DNA from: Leucoraja ocellata
Taxonomy: Eukaryota
DNA: 64,000 nucleotides
Assembly: GCA_036785375.1 (NCBI GenBank)
Contig: JAWMAR010000424.1
Coordinates: 310,001 to 374,000, forward strand
Direction of reading: 5' to 3'
The notes under the pieces were generated by a model. The model did no database searches. It saw only the letters and a list, made by a program, of their open reading frames with translations, and was not told the origin of the DNA. A program made the translations under genes and the position numbers. Shown here one piece after another: positions 1-12,999 of the stretch (its first letter is position 1; each line of letters starts with the position of its first letter).

Positions 1-128
1 TGGATGAGAAGGGAATGGAGGGTTATGGTATGAGTGCAGGCAGGTGGGACTAAGGGAAAAAAAGTTGTTCGGCACGGACTTGTAGGGCCGAGATGGCCTG
101 TTTCCGTGCTGTAATTGTTATATGGTTA
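1..128 (+). mobile_element. CR1 LINE 3' tail (young family A)
   Basis: Same tail as other CR1-A copies, ending gtaattgttatatggtt. Confidence 0.8.
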
Positions 129-802
129 GGAGGAGCCCGAGGGCAGAGGGAGAGCTAAGAGATGGAAGATACAACAAGGGCTACTGGAAATTGGAGAATT
201 CAATGTTTATGCCACTAGGGTGCAGACTGCCCAAGCAGAATATGAGGTGCTGCTCCTCCAATCTCCGGCGGTGCTCACTCTGGCGATGGAGGAGGCCCAG
301 GACAGAAAAGATGGATTCGGAATGGGATTTTCCGGTGGTGCTCACTCTGGCCGTGGAGGAGCCATGGAGGAGCAGCACCTCCTATTTTAATTAGAGGAGC
401 AGCACGTCATATTCTTCCGGTAGCTCTTGCTGTCTTCTCCCCCTCTTAGCTCTCCCTCAGCCCTCGGGCTCCTAGAAACATAGAAAATAGGTGCAGGAGG
501 AGGCCATTCGGCCCTTCGAGCCAGCACTTCCATCATTGTGATCATGGCTGATCGTCCCCTATCAATAACCCATGCCTGCCTTCTCCCCATATCCCTTGGC
601 TTCACTAGCCCCTAGAGCTCTATCTAACTCTCTCTTAACTCCTTTTTCATTTCTTCTCCCCACCCTACATCAGTCCGGAGAAGGGTTTTGGCCGGAAACG
701 TTGCCTATTTCCTTCACTCCATAGATGCTGCTGCACCCGCTGAGTTTCTCCAGCACTTTTGTCTACCTTCGATTTTCCAGCATCTGCAGTTCCTTCGTAA
801 AC
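129..802. mobile_element. Penelope-like element fragments (GIY-YIG C-terminus, inverted pieces, pLTR) with a short CR1 tail inside
   Basis: ORF 181-378(-) LEEQHLIFCLGSLHPSGINIEFSNF; inverted copy at 390-470; degenerate hammerhead motif at about 670-705. Confidence 0.7.
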
Positions 803-1329
803 ATCAATTAGCTAACTGCACATAACCCATATCCCACCATTCCCAGCATATCCGTGTGTCCATCCGTGTGTCGTATCTGCCTCCACCACCACCCCTGGCC
901 ATGTGTTCTAGTCATCCACCATCCAATGTTTATAAAACCTACCCCACACATCTTCAACATTTGCCCTTCTCATCTTAAAGCTGTGCCCTCTAGTATATGA
1001 TTTTTCCATCCTGGGAAAAAGCTGTTGATAGTCTATCCACATACAACTTTATATACTTCTATCAGGAATATTTGCAAATATGCCAAATTTACTGTTTGGA
1101 ACCCTACACATTTATGCCTGGTACATCTGATCTGTGTCTCACCCAAAACATCACCCATTCCTTCTATCCAGAGATGCCTCCTGACCCATTGAGTTACTCC
1201 ATCATTTTGTGTCTGTGTACAACTGATCTGGTAGGTTGCCTGCAAAACAAAGCTTTACACTGTATCTCAGTACATGTGATATTAATAAACTTGAACGTAA
1301 ACCACGTGATTTTACTACAGAGTCATTGA

Positions 1330-2397
1330 GTCATCGAGAGATAGTGTGGAAGCAGGCCCTTCGGCCCAACTTGTCCACACGGGCGAACATGTCCCAGCTA
1401 CACCAGTCCCACATGCCCGCATTTGTTCCATATCCCACCAGACCTGTCCTATCCATGTACCTGTCCAACTGTTTTTAAATGTTAGGATGCCTCAACTACC
1501 TCCTCTGGCAGCTTGTTCCATAAACCAGAATCCTTTGTGTGAAAAAGTTACAACTCAGATCTATTCCTCTCATGATTTTGTACACTTCAATACGACCACT
1601 CCTCATCCTCCTGCGCTCCAAGGAATAGAGTCTCAGCCTACTCAACCTCTCCCTATAGCTCAGACCATCTAGCCCTGGCAACATCCTTGTAAATCTTCTC
1701 TGTACACTTTCCAGCTTGACAACATATTTCCTATAACACGGTGCCCAGAACTGAACACAATTCTCAAAATATGGCCTCACCAACATCTTCTACAACTGCA
1801 ACATGACCACCCACATTCTATACTCAACACTCTGTCTTAAGAAGGCCAATGTACCTAACACCTTTTTGACCACACTATCTACCTGTGACCAACTTCAAGG
1901 AACCATGTACCTGCACTCCTAGATCTCTCTGGTCTACAACACTTCCCAGAGGCCTACCATTCACTGTGTAGATCCTCCAAAATGTTAGACTTCACAAAGT
2001 GTAACACTTCACAATTCTTTGTATTAAATTCCTTCAACCATTCCTCAGCCCACCTGAACAATTGATCAAGATTCTGCTACATTTGTCACAACCATATCCA
2101 CTATCTGCAAAACCCCCCACTTTTGTATCATCAGCAAACTTGCTAATCTTGCCATGTGTGTTCTTATCCAAACCATTAACATAGATGACAATCAGTAACG
2201 GGTCCAGCACCGAACCCTGAGGCACACCACTAGTCACAGGCCTCCAATCTGAGAAGCAACCTTCCACCATCACCCTCTGCTTCCTTCCATTAAGCCAATT
2301 TTCTATCCATTCAGCTATCTCTCCTTGGGTCCCATGTGATCTAACCTTCCAGAGCAGCCTACTATGCGGAACCTTGTCGAATGCTTCACTGAAGTCC
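1330..2397 (-). mobile_element. Old CR1 RT fragment (part of the duplication unit)
   Basis: [23 protein letters not shown]; paralogous to 49860-51200 and 25390-26830. Confidence 0.85.
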
Positions 2398-3118
2398 GTG
2401 GGAGATGGCAGCCCTGCCGGAAGTCTGTTCATTTTTACTTTCTTTTTGTTATTTTTAGTTTGTTAAAAGTTCTGTTTTAATGTTCTTTGGTTGTTTTATG
2501 TGGTGGGGGGGGGGGCTTAATGTATTCGCTATTTGGATGAGAATGGTTGAAGGGGGTGTCTTCTAAACGCATGCGAGCTCACTCACAGAGACCTTCAGAG
2601 CTTCTTCTCAGATATGGCTTCAAAACACAGTCTTTTGATGAATAAATGCTTTATTGTTGATAGAAATCAGTAAGATACATCCAAGTTTCTTCCGACTTGT
2701 TACTACAACCTTTTTCGAACTCCAGCTTATTACTTTAGACATTAGTAAACTCCTCGTGTCTCCGTAACGCAGGCATGATCTGGCATGCGGCCAGCATGAT
2801 ATGCATGATCCAGCATGGTAGAAGGGTAAAACTTCCCCATCGTCTCTCCAAACTAATCTAAAAACTAAACTTCTAAGCATCTAAGCTCCAAACACGCCCA
2901 AAAACACGTCATAAATCCCACCCACAATATAACGGGCAGTCTAAAATTTAAAGGCACATGCCATCCTCTATGACATGCAAAACAGGCCAAATGGCCACTA
3001 CATACCAGCCCCTAATTGTTCTGAATATATAATGAGGCAATTACAAATAAAATTTAAAAAGTGGCCATAATGGCTTAACATATATCAAAACAAAAGGACA
3101 GGGAATAAAACCCTATGG

Positions 3119-3190
3119 ATTCTCGTCGGGAAATCGAACCCCGGTCTACCGCGTGACAGGCGGGGATACTAAACACTATACTAACGAGGA
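3119..3190 (-). tRNA. tRNA-Asp(GTC), probably degenerate
   Basis: TCCTCGTTAGTATAGTGTTTAGTATCCCCGCCTGTCACGCGGTAGACCGGGGTTCGATTTCCCGACGAGAAT closely matches vertebrate tRNA-Asp; D-loop GG>GT, C2:A71 acceptor mismatch, T discriminator. Confidence 0.85.
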
Positions 3191-3214
3191 AAGCAATAAC
3201 ATGCACAATATATC

Positions 3215-3500
3215 CGCAATCAGAATTCTTCAACTCTTTCATCTTCGCTTTCGCCTTCTAGACGCAAGCACAACTTGGTTATTAATCTTATTACAACAGT
3301 GGTTTTAGTTCAAAGTCGTATTGTGCATACCAATCCCTATAAATCAGGCATGATACCCAGTATATGGTCCAAAAGATAATAGTCCAAAGCTTTGACAGCA
3401 TGAAACCTCTTCCTCCATGTCCGATCAACTCATTGATGTGTTGTAACAGCAATGTTGAAGTATGAAAATCCTTCAAAAGAATAACAGGATCTTTAACAAT
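3215..3500 (-). mobile_element. BEL/Pao LTR-retrotransposon integrase zinc-finger fragment (a further piece at 4814-4899)
   Basis: KDPVILLKDFHTSTLLLQHINELIGHGGRGFMLSKL..W resembles the BEL H2C2 region; the 4814-4899 piece reads PDREW..EIPANDSDIK. Confidence 0.55.
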
Positions 3501-3502
3501 AA

Positions 3503-4813
3503 AGGATAAACAGGGTCTGATTAGGAACAGTCAACATGGATTTGTGCCTGGAAGGTCATGTTTAACTAATCTTCTTGATTTTTTTGAAGATGTTACTCGG
3601 GAAATTGATGAGGGTAAAGCAGTGGATGTTGTGTATATGGACTTCAGTAAGGCCTTTGACAAGCTTCCTCATGGAAGGTTTTTAAGAAGGTTCAATGGTT
3701 GGGTATTAATGGTGGAGTAGCAAGATGGATTCAACAGTGGCTGAATGGGAGATGCCAGAGAGTAATGGTGGATGGTTGTTTGTCAGGTTGGAGGCCAGTG
3801 ACGAGTGGGGTGCCACAGGGATCTGTGTTGGGTCCACTGTTGTTTGTCATGTACATCAATGATCTGGATGATGGTGTGGTAAATTGGATTAGTAAGTATA
3901 CAGATGATACTAAGATAGGTGGGGTTGCGGGTAATGAAGTAGAGTTTCAAAGTCTACAGAGAGATTTATGCCAGTTGGAAGAGTGGGCTGAAAGATGGCA
4001 GATGGAGTTTAATGCTGATAAGTGTGAGGTGCTACATCTTGGCAGGACAAATCAAAATAGGACGTACATGGTAAATGGTAGGGAATTGAAGAATGTAGGA
4101 GAACAGAGGGATCTGGGAATAACTGTGTACAGTTCCCTGAAAGTGGAATTTCATGTAGATAGGGTGGTAAAGAAAGCTTTTGGTGTGCTGGCCTTTATAA
4201 TTCAGAGCATTGAGTGTAGAAGTTGGGATGTAATGTTAAAATTGTACAAGGCATTGGTGAGGCCAATTCTGGAGAATGGTGTACAATTTTGGTCGCCTAA
4301 TTATAGGAAGGATGTCAACAAAATAGAGAGTGTACAGAGGAGATTTACTAGAATGTTGCCTGGGTTTCAGCAACTAAGTTACAGAGAAAGGTTGAACAAG
4401 TTAGGGCTTTATTCTTTGGAGCGCAGAAGGTTAAGGGGGGACTTGATAGAGGTTTTTAAAATGATGAGAGGGATAGACAGAGTTGACGTGGAAAAGCTTT
4501 TCCCACTGAGAGTAGGGAAGATTCAAACAAGGGGACATGACATGAGAATTAAGGGACTGAAGTTTATGAGGGGGAACTTCTTTACTCAGAGAGTGGTAGC
4601 TGTGTGGAATGAGCTTCCAGTGAAGGTGGTGGAGGCAGATTCGTTTTTATCATTTAAAAATAAATTGGATAGTTATATGGATGGGAAGGGAATGGAGGGT
4701 TATGGTCTGAGCGCAGGTATATGGGACTAGGGGAGATTATGTGTTCGGCACGGACTAGAAGGGTCGAGATGGCCTGTTTCCGTGCTGTAATTGTTATATG
4801 GTTATATGGTTAT
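3503..4813 (+). mobile_element. CR1-A LINE, 5'-truncated RT
   Basis: ORF 3699-4730 with [12 protein letters not shown]; (ATATGGTT)n tail. Confidence 0.95.
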
Positions 4814-4899
4814 AGTTCAACGTTAAGTTTGATTTAATGTCCGAATCATTGGCAGGGATTTCAATTTCCAGCTCAAGCATTGCCCATTCTCTGTCTGGC

Positions 4900-5465
4900 T
4901 TTTTTTTCAAGTTCTTACCTTCCCGGAGATGTGATCAATTTTCGGATCACATCCTCCAGGCTCTGCGGCCTACTATCGATGGAGCTGGAAGTGAGCCCCA
5001 CCGCGGGGCTCGGAATTAACATCAGAGTGAATGCCTTGCCTGGGGTCCCTCCTACTGCGGCCTGCGGACTTATCATCAAGGGCTCGCACTGGGGAGAGGC
5101 TGAGTCGGGAGCTCCAACGTCGCGGAAGATTTGTCCAGCCCCGACGTGAGGTTCGATCGACGGTGCGGGGGACCTGATAATCCCCCTGATGCGGGAGCTG
5201 ATCCCCTCGATGCTGAGGGCCCAATCGTCCCGTCAACGGAGGGCTCGAGGCCCACGACCGAGGAAGAACAAAAGGAAGGACTTGAACTTTATTTCATCTT
5301 CCATCACAGTGGAGAATGTGTAGGAGTCACTGTGGTGGATGTTCATGTTAAAATGTGTTTTTGAGTGATCTGTTGCTTTTAATTGTATGACTAACCTGGC
5401 CAATGAAATGCCTCGTATGTTGCAAAACCTACTTGGCGAATAAAGTGTGATGCTGATTCTGATTA
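4900..5465 (+). mobile_element. GC-rich non-autonomous retroposon (5' end at 2398-2516)
   Basis: Shared 3' core ttccatcacagtg..tgtggtggatgtt..aataaa plus microsatellite tail; same insertion site as 48655-49857. Confidence 0.6.
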
Positions 5466-7039
5466 TATGAAACATCTACTGTTCTGCCCTCATCGACCTT
5501 TTTGGTCAAGGCTTCAAAATACTCAATCAGATTTGTGAGACACAATTTCCCACGTACAAAACCATGCTGACTTTCCCAAATCACCCCTTGTCTGTCTAAA
5601 TGTCTGTATATCCTATCCCTCAGAATATTGTCTAGTAACTTTCCAACTACAGATGTTAAGCCCACTGCCCTATAACCATATAACAATTACAGCACGGAAA
5701 CAGGCCATCTCGACCCTTCTAGTCCGTGCCGAGCACATAATCTCCCCTAGTCCCATATACCTGCGCTCAGACCATAACCCTCCATTCCCTTCCCATCCAT
5801 ATAGATCCCAGCATTTTCCCTGCAGCCCTTCTTGAATAGAGGCACCCTCCAGTCTTCTGGCACCTCTCCTGTATTTAAAGAAGACTCGTAAATTTCAACC
5901 AGGGCTCCCACAATTTCCTCTCTGGTTTCACACAATGTCCGTCATATATCTGGTCAGGCCCCGGAGATTTGACTACCTGCATACATTATACATTTGGCCC
6001 TTCAAGTCTACTCCGTCATTCAATCATGCTGATCTATTTTTCCCTCAAAACCCCAATCTCTTGCTTTCTCCCCATGACCCTTGACATCGTTTTCTATGGT
6101 TTTCATCACACATCCCTAAGATGTGTGGGTTTGTCAGTTAATTGGCCGTCTGGAAATTGCCCCTAGTGTGGAGGGAGTCGATGAGAAAGTTGGACAACAC
6201 AGAACTACTGGGTGATCCACCGGTGGTCAGTGTGGACTCAGTGGTTACATGCTGGCTTCTGTAAATGCCCCCAGTGTTTAGGATAGGACTAGTGTATGGA
6301 GTTGTCACTGGTGGGCGCAGACTCAGTGGGTCGAAGAAATGTTCCCGTGCTGTATCTCTAAACTAAACTAAGTTTAAATGAATGAAGTTTGTAAATTATA
6401 TGCAAGGAATAGATGCAAAGCATCTACAGTTCCTTGTATCTTTCACTGTCACCCTCTGCTTCTGATGGGCTGAATGGCCTAATTCTGCTCCAAGAACTTA
6501 TCAACTTCAGGCCAATTCTGCATCCTCTACTAATCCAATTCTCTATTCCCCTTCATATACTTATACAAACTCGTTGCATTCTCCTTAATCTTCTCAACCA
6601 AAGCGATCTCATGCTTTCTCTTAAACGTCCCAATTTCCATCCGAAGTAAATCCTACATCCCGATGCTCCTCCAGGGATTCACGAGATCCCAGCTCTTTTT
6701 CCTGGTCCATGCCTCCGGCTGGAACCACAATATCTCTCTTGTATTCCAGGCTTCCCCAGTCCGTGCCGACCAGTGATCCCCATACATAGCACTATCCTAT
6801 ACATCAAAGTATGTTTAAGTTTATAAAGTTTGCCACAGTAAGTAGTTGAGGCCAGTTCATTGGCTATATTTAAGAGGGAGTTAGATGTGGCCCTTGTGGC
6901 TAGAGGGATCAGGGGGTATGGAGAGAAGGCAGGTACAGGATACTGAGTTGGATGATAAGCCATGATCATATTGAATGGCAGTGCAGGCTCGAAGGGCCGA
7001 ATCTGCACCTATTTTCTATGTTTCTATGTTTCTATCAGA

Positions 7040-7235
7040 AACAATTTGTACCAAAGCCAATTATCCTACAAACCTGTACGTCTGGAGTGCGGGAGCAAAC
7101 CACAGCAGCCGGAGAAAACCCACGCGGTCACGGGGAGAATGTAAAAACTCCATACAGACAGCGTCCATAGTCAGAATCGATCCTGGGTCACTGGTACAGT
7201 AAGGCACCAACTTGTCCACTGCTCCATCGTGCCAC
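7040..7235 (-). mobile_element. HE1/V-SINE-type tRNA-derived SINE
   Basis: ggcacgatggagcagtgg..gacccaggatcgattc..gtctgtatggagttt..ctccccgtgacc V-domain; paralog of 22137-22355. Confidence 0.7.
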
Positions 7236-7685
7236 TCCTAATTTGCGTTTGGTAAAACTATAAATAGTCATTAATGTGCAGGATAGTGTTAGTGTACGGT
7301 GTGATCACTGGTCGGCGTGGACTCGATGGGCCGAAGGGCTGAGTCTCTAAAGTTTACAGACAAATGAGCTTCAAAGTGAAGAAGCGTTGAAGGTATTTTC
7401 TGCAGGACTGAGAAACAGATCCTTCGGCAGATGAAGACTTCACTGTGGGGAAGAATAATAAAGTTCCTCAATGTGTGATCTAGCTTCTCACTTAGTTTGT
7501 CTCTGGATGTGTCCCTATTATCACATCTGAGAGACTTTCTACTCCCCTTGACACACGTGTATTTCCATACACCCACCCTTTGTGTGAAAAATGGAACAAC
7601 AATGGCAGGTATTTCTAGGAATAATACAGAAGGCGCAGGATCAGTTCATTCCTAGAAGGAAGAAAGATTCCAATGGGAATAATTT

Positions 7686-8262
7686 GGCGGCGCGACTCAC
7701 CCGTTGCAGCGCCCCCTACAGCCTGTCTGTCTTTTAAATTTTTTTTTGTCTAGTTAAATGTAGTGTTAGTGTTTTTTTAATACTGGTTTTAAATGTGTAT
7801 ATGTGGGGGGCGGTGGGGGGGGGGGGGGGGAGGGGGGGGGGGAACTGTTTAAAATCTCTTCCCTGTCCGGGAGACCCAAACTTTTCCCTGTCGGGTCTCC
7901 GTTGTCGTTGGGGCCTAGCACCGTGGAGCGGCCTCCAACCTGAACGACCCGAGGGCACGGGAGACTGCGGAGCTGCGGACTACTCACCATCGTGGGGCTG
8001 GCCGGCCTCGGAGCGTGGGGAGCGGTGGTGACTCGCTGCTGCGACTCGATTGCTGGGGCTTGGAGGCTCCAGCAACGCAGCTGCAGGTCCGGTGGACTGG
8101 GACATCGGGAGCTCGCGGGTCCGGGGGGAGAGACCGCTTCCCGGAGCTCCCGCAACGCGACTTCTCCAGCCCGTGTCGCGGGGTTGGAACGACCTGGAGC
8201 GGGATGTCCATCGCCCAGCACGGCTTCATGGCCGTGGGACATTCCAGCACCAGCCGGGGGCT
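7686..8262 (+). mobile_element. GC-rich non-autonomous retroposon, 5' part
   Basis: ggcggcgcgactc start, T-rich then G-run segment; homologous to 8690-9540 and 33436-34248. Confidence 0.6.
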
Positions 8263-8396
8263 CCAACATTTTTTGGCCCATTATCCCATTTAAGGGCCTG
8301 TCCCACAGGCGATTTTTCAGCAGACTGCCGGCAACTGTCAAGTTCACGGGACTCGCATGAGAAACTGGGAACTGGAACGGTGACTGTTAGAGTGGA

Positions 8397-8399
<3 letters not shown>

Positions 8400-8465
<66 letters not shown>
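8400..8465. repeat. (CA)n microsatellite, about 33 units
   Basis: Direct reading. Confidence 0.98.
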
Positions 8466-8466
<1 letters not shown>

Positions 8467-8689
8467 CGCAAAGGCGGGGTCCGGGGAAAATGGGGGGAGC
8501 ACTGCATGAAATTCACACTGTGCAAAGTCAAGGTGATACAGACACACACCGCGATGAACAGGAATGTTAAGACGGCTCGTGCAGTGTACTGCAAGTCCTT
8601 TAAAAGAAGGGGGACGGGGAGAAGATGTGGAGACACTTTTAAGAAGCCAGACAACTTTTAATAATCTTTTAATAACTTTTAATATATCC

Positions 8690-9540
8690 GGTGGGCGGCG
8701 CGACTCTGGTCAGCAGCGGCCTCTGCAGTCTGTCCGAGTTTTATTATTTTCTGTCTGTGTTTTAATGTAGTTTTTGTTATTTTTTGTTGGGGTGTGTGTG
8801 TGGCGGGGGTGGGGGTGGGGTGGGAGGGGGGGGGAAACTTTTTAAATCTCTCCCTGCACTGGAGACCCGACCTTTCTCGTCGGGTTTCCGTTGTCGTTGG
8901 GGCCGCAACGAGGAGCGGCCTCCAACAGGAAGAAGCCGGGGACTCTGGTGCTACGACTCACCGTCGCCGTCGCGGGGCTGGCCGAGTCCGGAGCGGGTGG
9001 AGCGGTGGAGGAGCGCTGCTGCTGCTGCTGCTGCTGCTACCGGAGAGTCGGAGGCTCCAACGGCAGGTCTGTGGACGGCGGCACCGGGAGCCCGCGGCTC
9101 CCTGGAGGGAGACCGCTTTTCAGGGCTCTCGCAACGGCGACTTCCCCCGCCCGAGTTGCGGGGTTGAAGAGCTCCTGGAGCGGGGCCTAACACCACTGCC
9201 CCGCGCGGCTTGGAATGGCCGCGGGACTCTGCGAGCGCACGCCGGGGCTCTAACACCAAGACCCGGTGTGCGACCTCGCACCACCCGGCGTGGCTTTAAT
9301 GGCCGCGGGACAATCGCCATCGCCAGCCGGGGGCTTTGACTTTGACTCTGACATCGGGGGGGGAGAGTGCAGTTGAGAGATAAGTTTATTAGGCCTTCCA
9401 TCACAGCGATGTGATGGATGTTTGTGTAAATTATGTTGTGTCTTGGGTTTATGTGTTTGTAATGTATGGCTGCAGAAACGGCATTTCGTTTGGAACTCAA
9501 GGGGTCCAAATGACAATTAAATGTATCTTGTATCTTGTAT
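8690..9540 (+). mobile_element. GC-rich non-autonomous retroposon nested in the MITE
   Basis: Internal (CTG)n; 3' ccttccatcacagcg..aaatgacaattaaa plus (TCTTGTA)n tail. Confidence 0.65.
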
Positions 9541-10199
9541 AAGCCAGAGATACACAGCTGTGAAGTTCAGCGGGCATTTAACATTACCGGTCGGTTGGCC
9601 TTGGTTCTGAAAACTCATGCTTACGTGTTTTATCCCCAATGAGCTAATGAAAATGACCAGTCAGCAAAGGCGATTAACTAAAACTACCTGCGACTACCCA
9701 TAACTACATGGCGACCCCACTACAACCGCACCTACGACTACAGGATTATCGATTTTCTCCATGGCGACCAATTGAACATGTTGAAAAATTCGCGGCGACC
9801 ATACTGAGGCCGTGACTAGTTCCCAGAATGTGGGATCTCCTCACGACCATGAAGGAGACTCACCAGCGAACATGTGGCAACCATGTGGCGAGTGCCGAGT
9901 CTCCTGCACTCGCCTAAAAGTCGCCTAAGTGGGACAGACCTTTTAGGCTAATTAATGCAAGCATTATATTTGCTTAATTAAAAATTAACATTTTAAATAC
10001 AGGTTTTCATGTTGCAACGAGCAGATGATAGGGCTTAACCTGCTTAAATTAGAATGTAGAACATAGAACAGTACAGGAATAGGCCCTTCGGCCCACTGTG
10101 TCCGTGCTAGTCATGGTTCCGACATGAATTCTGTGAATTATATGTACAATAATGTTTGCTTGGTTCCATTTCTAAGCTCTTTCCTTTGTGTTAATTCAG

Positions 10200-10309
10200 C
10201 ATCAACTCCAATGGGAATACAAGTGGAAGCAAAAGACAGCAAAGCAGAAAATGATTTTAAATCACAGAATCAGGAAGAGAAAGGGGAAACAGAATCGGAA
10301 AATGACTGA
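10200..10309 (+). CDS. Candidate terminal coding exon of the same gene family (acidic tail)
   Basis: Pyrimidine tract ctctttcctttgtgttaattcAG; phase-1 frame ASTPMGIQVEAKDSKAENDFKSQNQEEKGETESEND*, compositionally like the micro-exons; AATAAA at 12021 and about 12036 in AT-rich unique sequence downstream. Confidence 0.55.
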
Positions 10310-10542
10310 GAAAAAAGAAGAAAATAATTGACAGCTTTAAACAAAGCTTCAGACAAAGGCTGTATATAGGAACAAATGGTGTAAATTATAACATGGGGCT
10401 GCCAGCACGGTGGAGACACAAGGAACTGCAGATGCAGGAACATTGAGCAAAACACAAAGTGCTGGAGGAACTGAGTGGGTCAGGCAACATCCGTGGAGGG
10501 AACATCAAGGGTTCCGACTCCAAAGGTAATCAGTCCATTCTC

Positions 10543-11571
10543 TAGCAATGTTATAAAATTTTGAGATTTAAGAAATCAAGTCTGCAATTTATTCCACCAG
10601 ATAAAGCATAAAAAGAAGTTTAATTTGACACCTAATTCACTTTCATATCTTCACTATTAAAAAGGTTATGGCCATTTTCATACTCGGAAATATTAATCTT
10701 GTTCCCTATTGTTTTTCCATTGACTTAACACAAAAGCTGTGATCAAGGACTGTCAAAAACCCATAACTTTCTTAAAAATTAAGAGAACTGAATGAAATTT
10801 TCAGTTATTATAGATTGAAGCATTCTGAAACAAATATGAAATAATCTTACTTGGATGACTTGAAATTAAAGCATATAATTAGTTAGTTACCCAATTGTAG
10901 CTAATTCCAAAATTCAATGACTAGATCTAAACATATCCATTTCTTAAGAAAAGGTTAACATTTTTAAAAAGCCTATGTATCCAAATACCATTCACACAAG
11001 AATTCACAATATAACATGATTTTTTAATCTCATTGTTATGAATTTATAGGCCAACTGGAAGGAATTTAGTGTTCAATTCCTGTAAATCAATGGGCATTTA
11101 AATCATCTTGCGAGTGGGATTTTGAGGAACGCGCTGGTTTGGAACATTGCAGCTGCAGTGAATTGAAACCCCATATCGGCAGGAAAAATACTGCTGGTTC
11201 GTATATTTACATAATGACACTTTTGCAACTTAAAATTTTGATTAAAGGCATCCTAAGAAGCAAGTTTATATGAAAAAATAAATGGCATACCTTGCCTTGT
11301 CCCCTACGTGAGATCTGTCCTGTTGTCGGCGTTTGAAGATTACTTTAAATTTACTCCAATTAAATGATCCAGCACTAATTTAAATAAACTTAATAAAACG
11401 GCAGTCGAAGCGATTTTTCTTTAGCAACTAAACAGCCTGACAGAGATCAATTTGAATAAGTTGCTGAAAAATCGCATTTTAAACCCGCCCCCTCTCAAAG
11501 GCGCCAAAGTCGCGCACACGGGCAGCAACAGAACTGCAGCGCCGCTGAAGGTAAGTTTTGTAACATACCTA
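10543..11571. mobile_element. Non-autonomous TIR DNA transposon, 7-bp TSD (hAT-like)
   Basis: Ends TAGCAATGTTATAAAA / TTTTGTAACATACCTA; TSD CATTCTC. Confidence 0.8.
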
Positions 11572-12640
11572 CATTCTCTCTACAGATGCTGACTGACCAG
11601 CTGAGTTCCTCCAGCACTTTGTAATTTGTATGTAAGGTGGATCATTATTAAAATGAAAAGTAATGGAGTGGAACTCAATGATGAAAGGCATTATTGTATA
11701 AAGAAATCCTGATCATATGATGATCAATTCTACGATGATAAATATTCATTATCATTCTTTATACATCATTCAAGTTCTACAAATGAGACAAAGTGAATGG
11801 GTAAATCGTCCAATATTTCAACTAAAATTATATTTCAACAACATATGAATTGCACAAATTTAGAAGAAACATTTTGAATCAATCTAACAACCATACTTTT
11901 ATTTCTGTAATATAATTTTATAAAATAATTTTATTGGTACCCTCGACATATTCCTGCAGTATTAATTATGTATTGTTCCTAACACAAATAGTTTTTATTC
12001 TGTACTGCAATAGCTCAACTAATAAATGTATTCAAATAAATCTCACAATTAATCCCATAACAAATTAACCCAGTGATCTGAGATCAGTGATATTTTCTGC
12101 TTCAACTATTTATAGTTTTGTTCTGAATTGTATGACTACATTGTCTGGTTCCACAGACTTGCCGTATTGTCTGGTTTGCCAAAATAACAGAGGTGACGTC
12201 ATCGACAAGGAGGGAGGGGGCTGAGATACTGGTCTGTAGAGTCGGCCTCAGATGCTGGATATGGGAACAGATCTGCCGGCTCCGGCCGGGCTGGAGTTCC
12301 AGAGCTCCGGCCACAGGGGGCAAAATCAACCCACTGATCGGCATGGAAGTCCCAATGAGGTCGAGATCGGCCACCTGACCCGGCCCAGGTGCCACATTTT
12401 CCAGGGATATCCGGGGGGGGGGGGGGGGATTTCAAATGCGTTCTTGTAATTTTATCCAGATTAAAGGAGGTGCCGGACCACCAGTTGCTGGAAAATCAGT
12501 GGTGAATTTGTATATAGGTTTATTATTATGTTTATTGTTGTCACCTGTACCAAAGTACAGTGAATAGTTTTGTTTTACTTGCTATCCAAACAGATCAGAT
12601 ATACACAAAATGCTGGAGTAACTCATTGGGACAGGTAGCA

Positions 12641-12998
12641 TATAACATATAACCATATAATAATTACAGCACAGAAACAGGCCATCTCGGCCCTTCTAGC
12701 CTGTGCCGAACACTTATTCTCACCTAGTCCCATCTACCTGCACTCAAACCACACCCCTCCATTCCTTTCCCGCCCATATACCTATCCAATTTATTTTTAA
12801 ATTATAAAAACGAACCTGCCTCCACCACTTCCACTGGAAGCTCATTCCACACAGCTACCACTCTCTGAGGAAAGAAGTTCCCCCTCATGTTACCCCTAAA
12901 CTTCAGTCCCTTAATTCTAAAATCATGTCTTCTTGTTTGAATCTTCCCTACTCTCCACGTCAACTCTGTCTATCCCTCTCATCATTTTAAAGACCTCT
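12641..12998 (-). mobile_element. CR1-A 3' fragment
   Basis: Reverse complement of the CR1-A 3' end and tail. Confidence 0.85.
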
Positions 12999-12999
12999 A

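Larger units (their letters stand above)
8293..9942. mobile_element. PIF/Harbinger-like MITE
   Basis: TIRs AGGGCCTGTCCCAC / GTGGGACAGACCTT flanked by TTA on both sides. Confidence 0.75.

Noticed and set aside
7734-9516. Many overlapping GC-rich ORFs, including poly-HT/CV and poly-A/L/C tracts
   Set aside because: Artefacts of GC-rich retroposons and (CA)n/(CTG)n microsatellites.
12100-12505. GC-rich segment, possibly a Tigger-like MITE or an exon
   Set aside because: Matching TIRs, a TSD or convincing splice sites could not be established.
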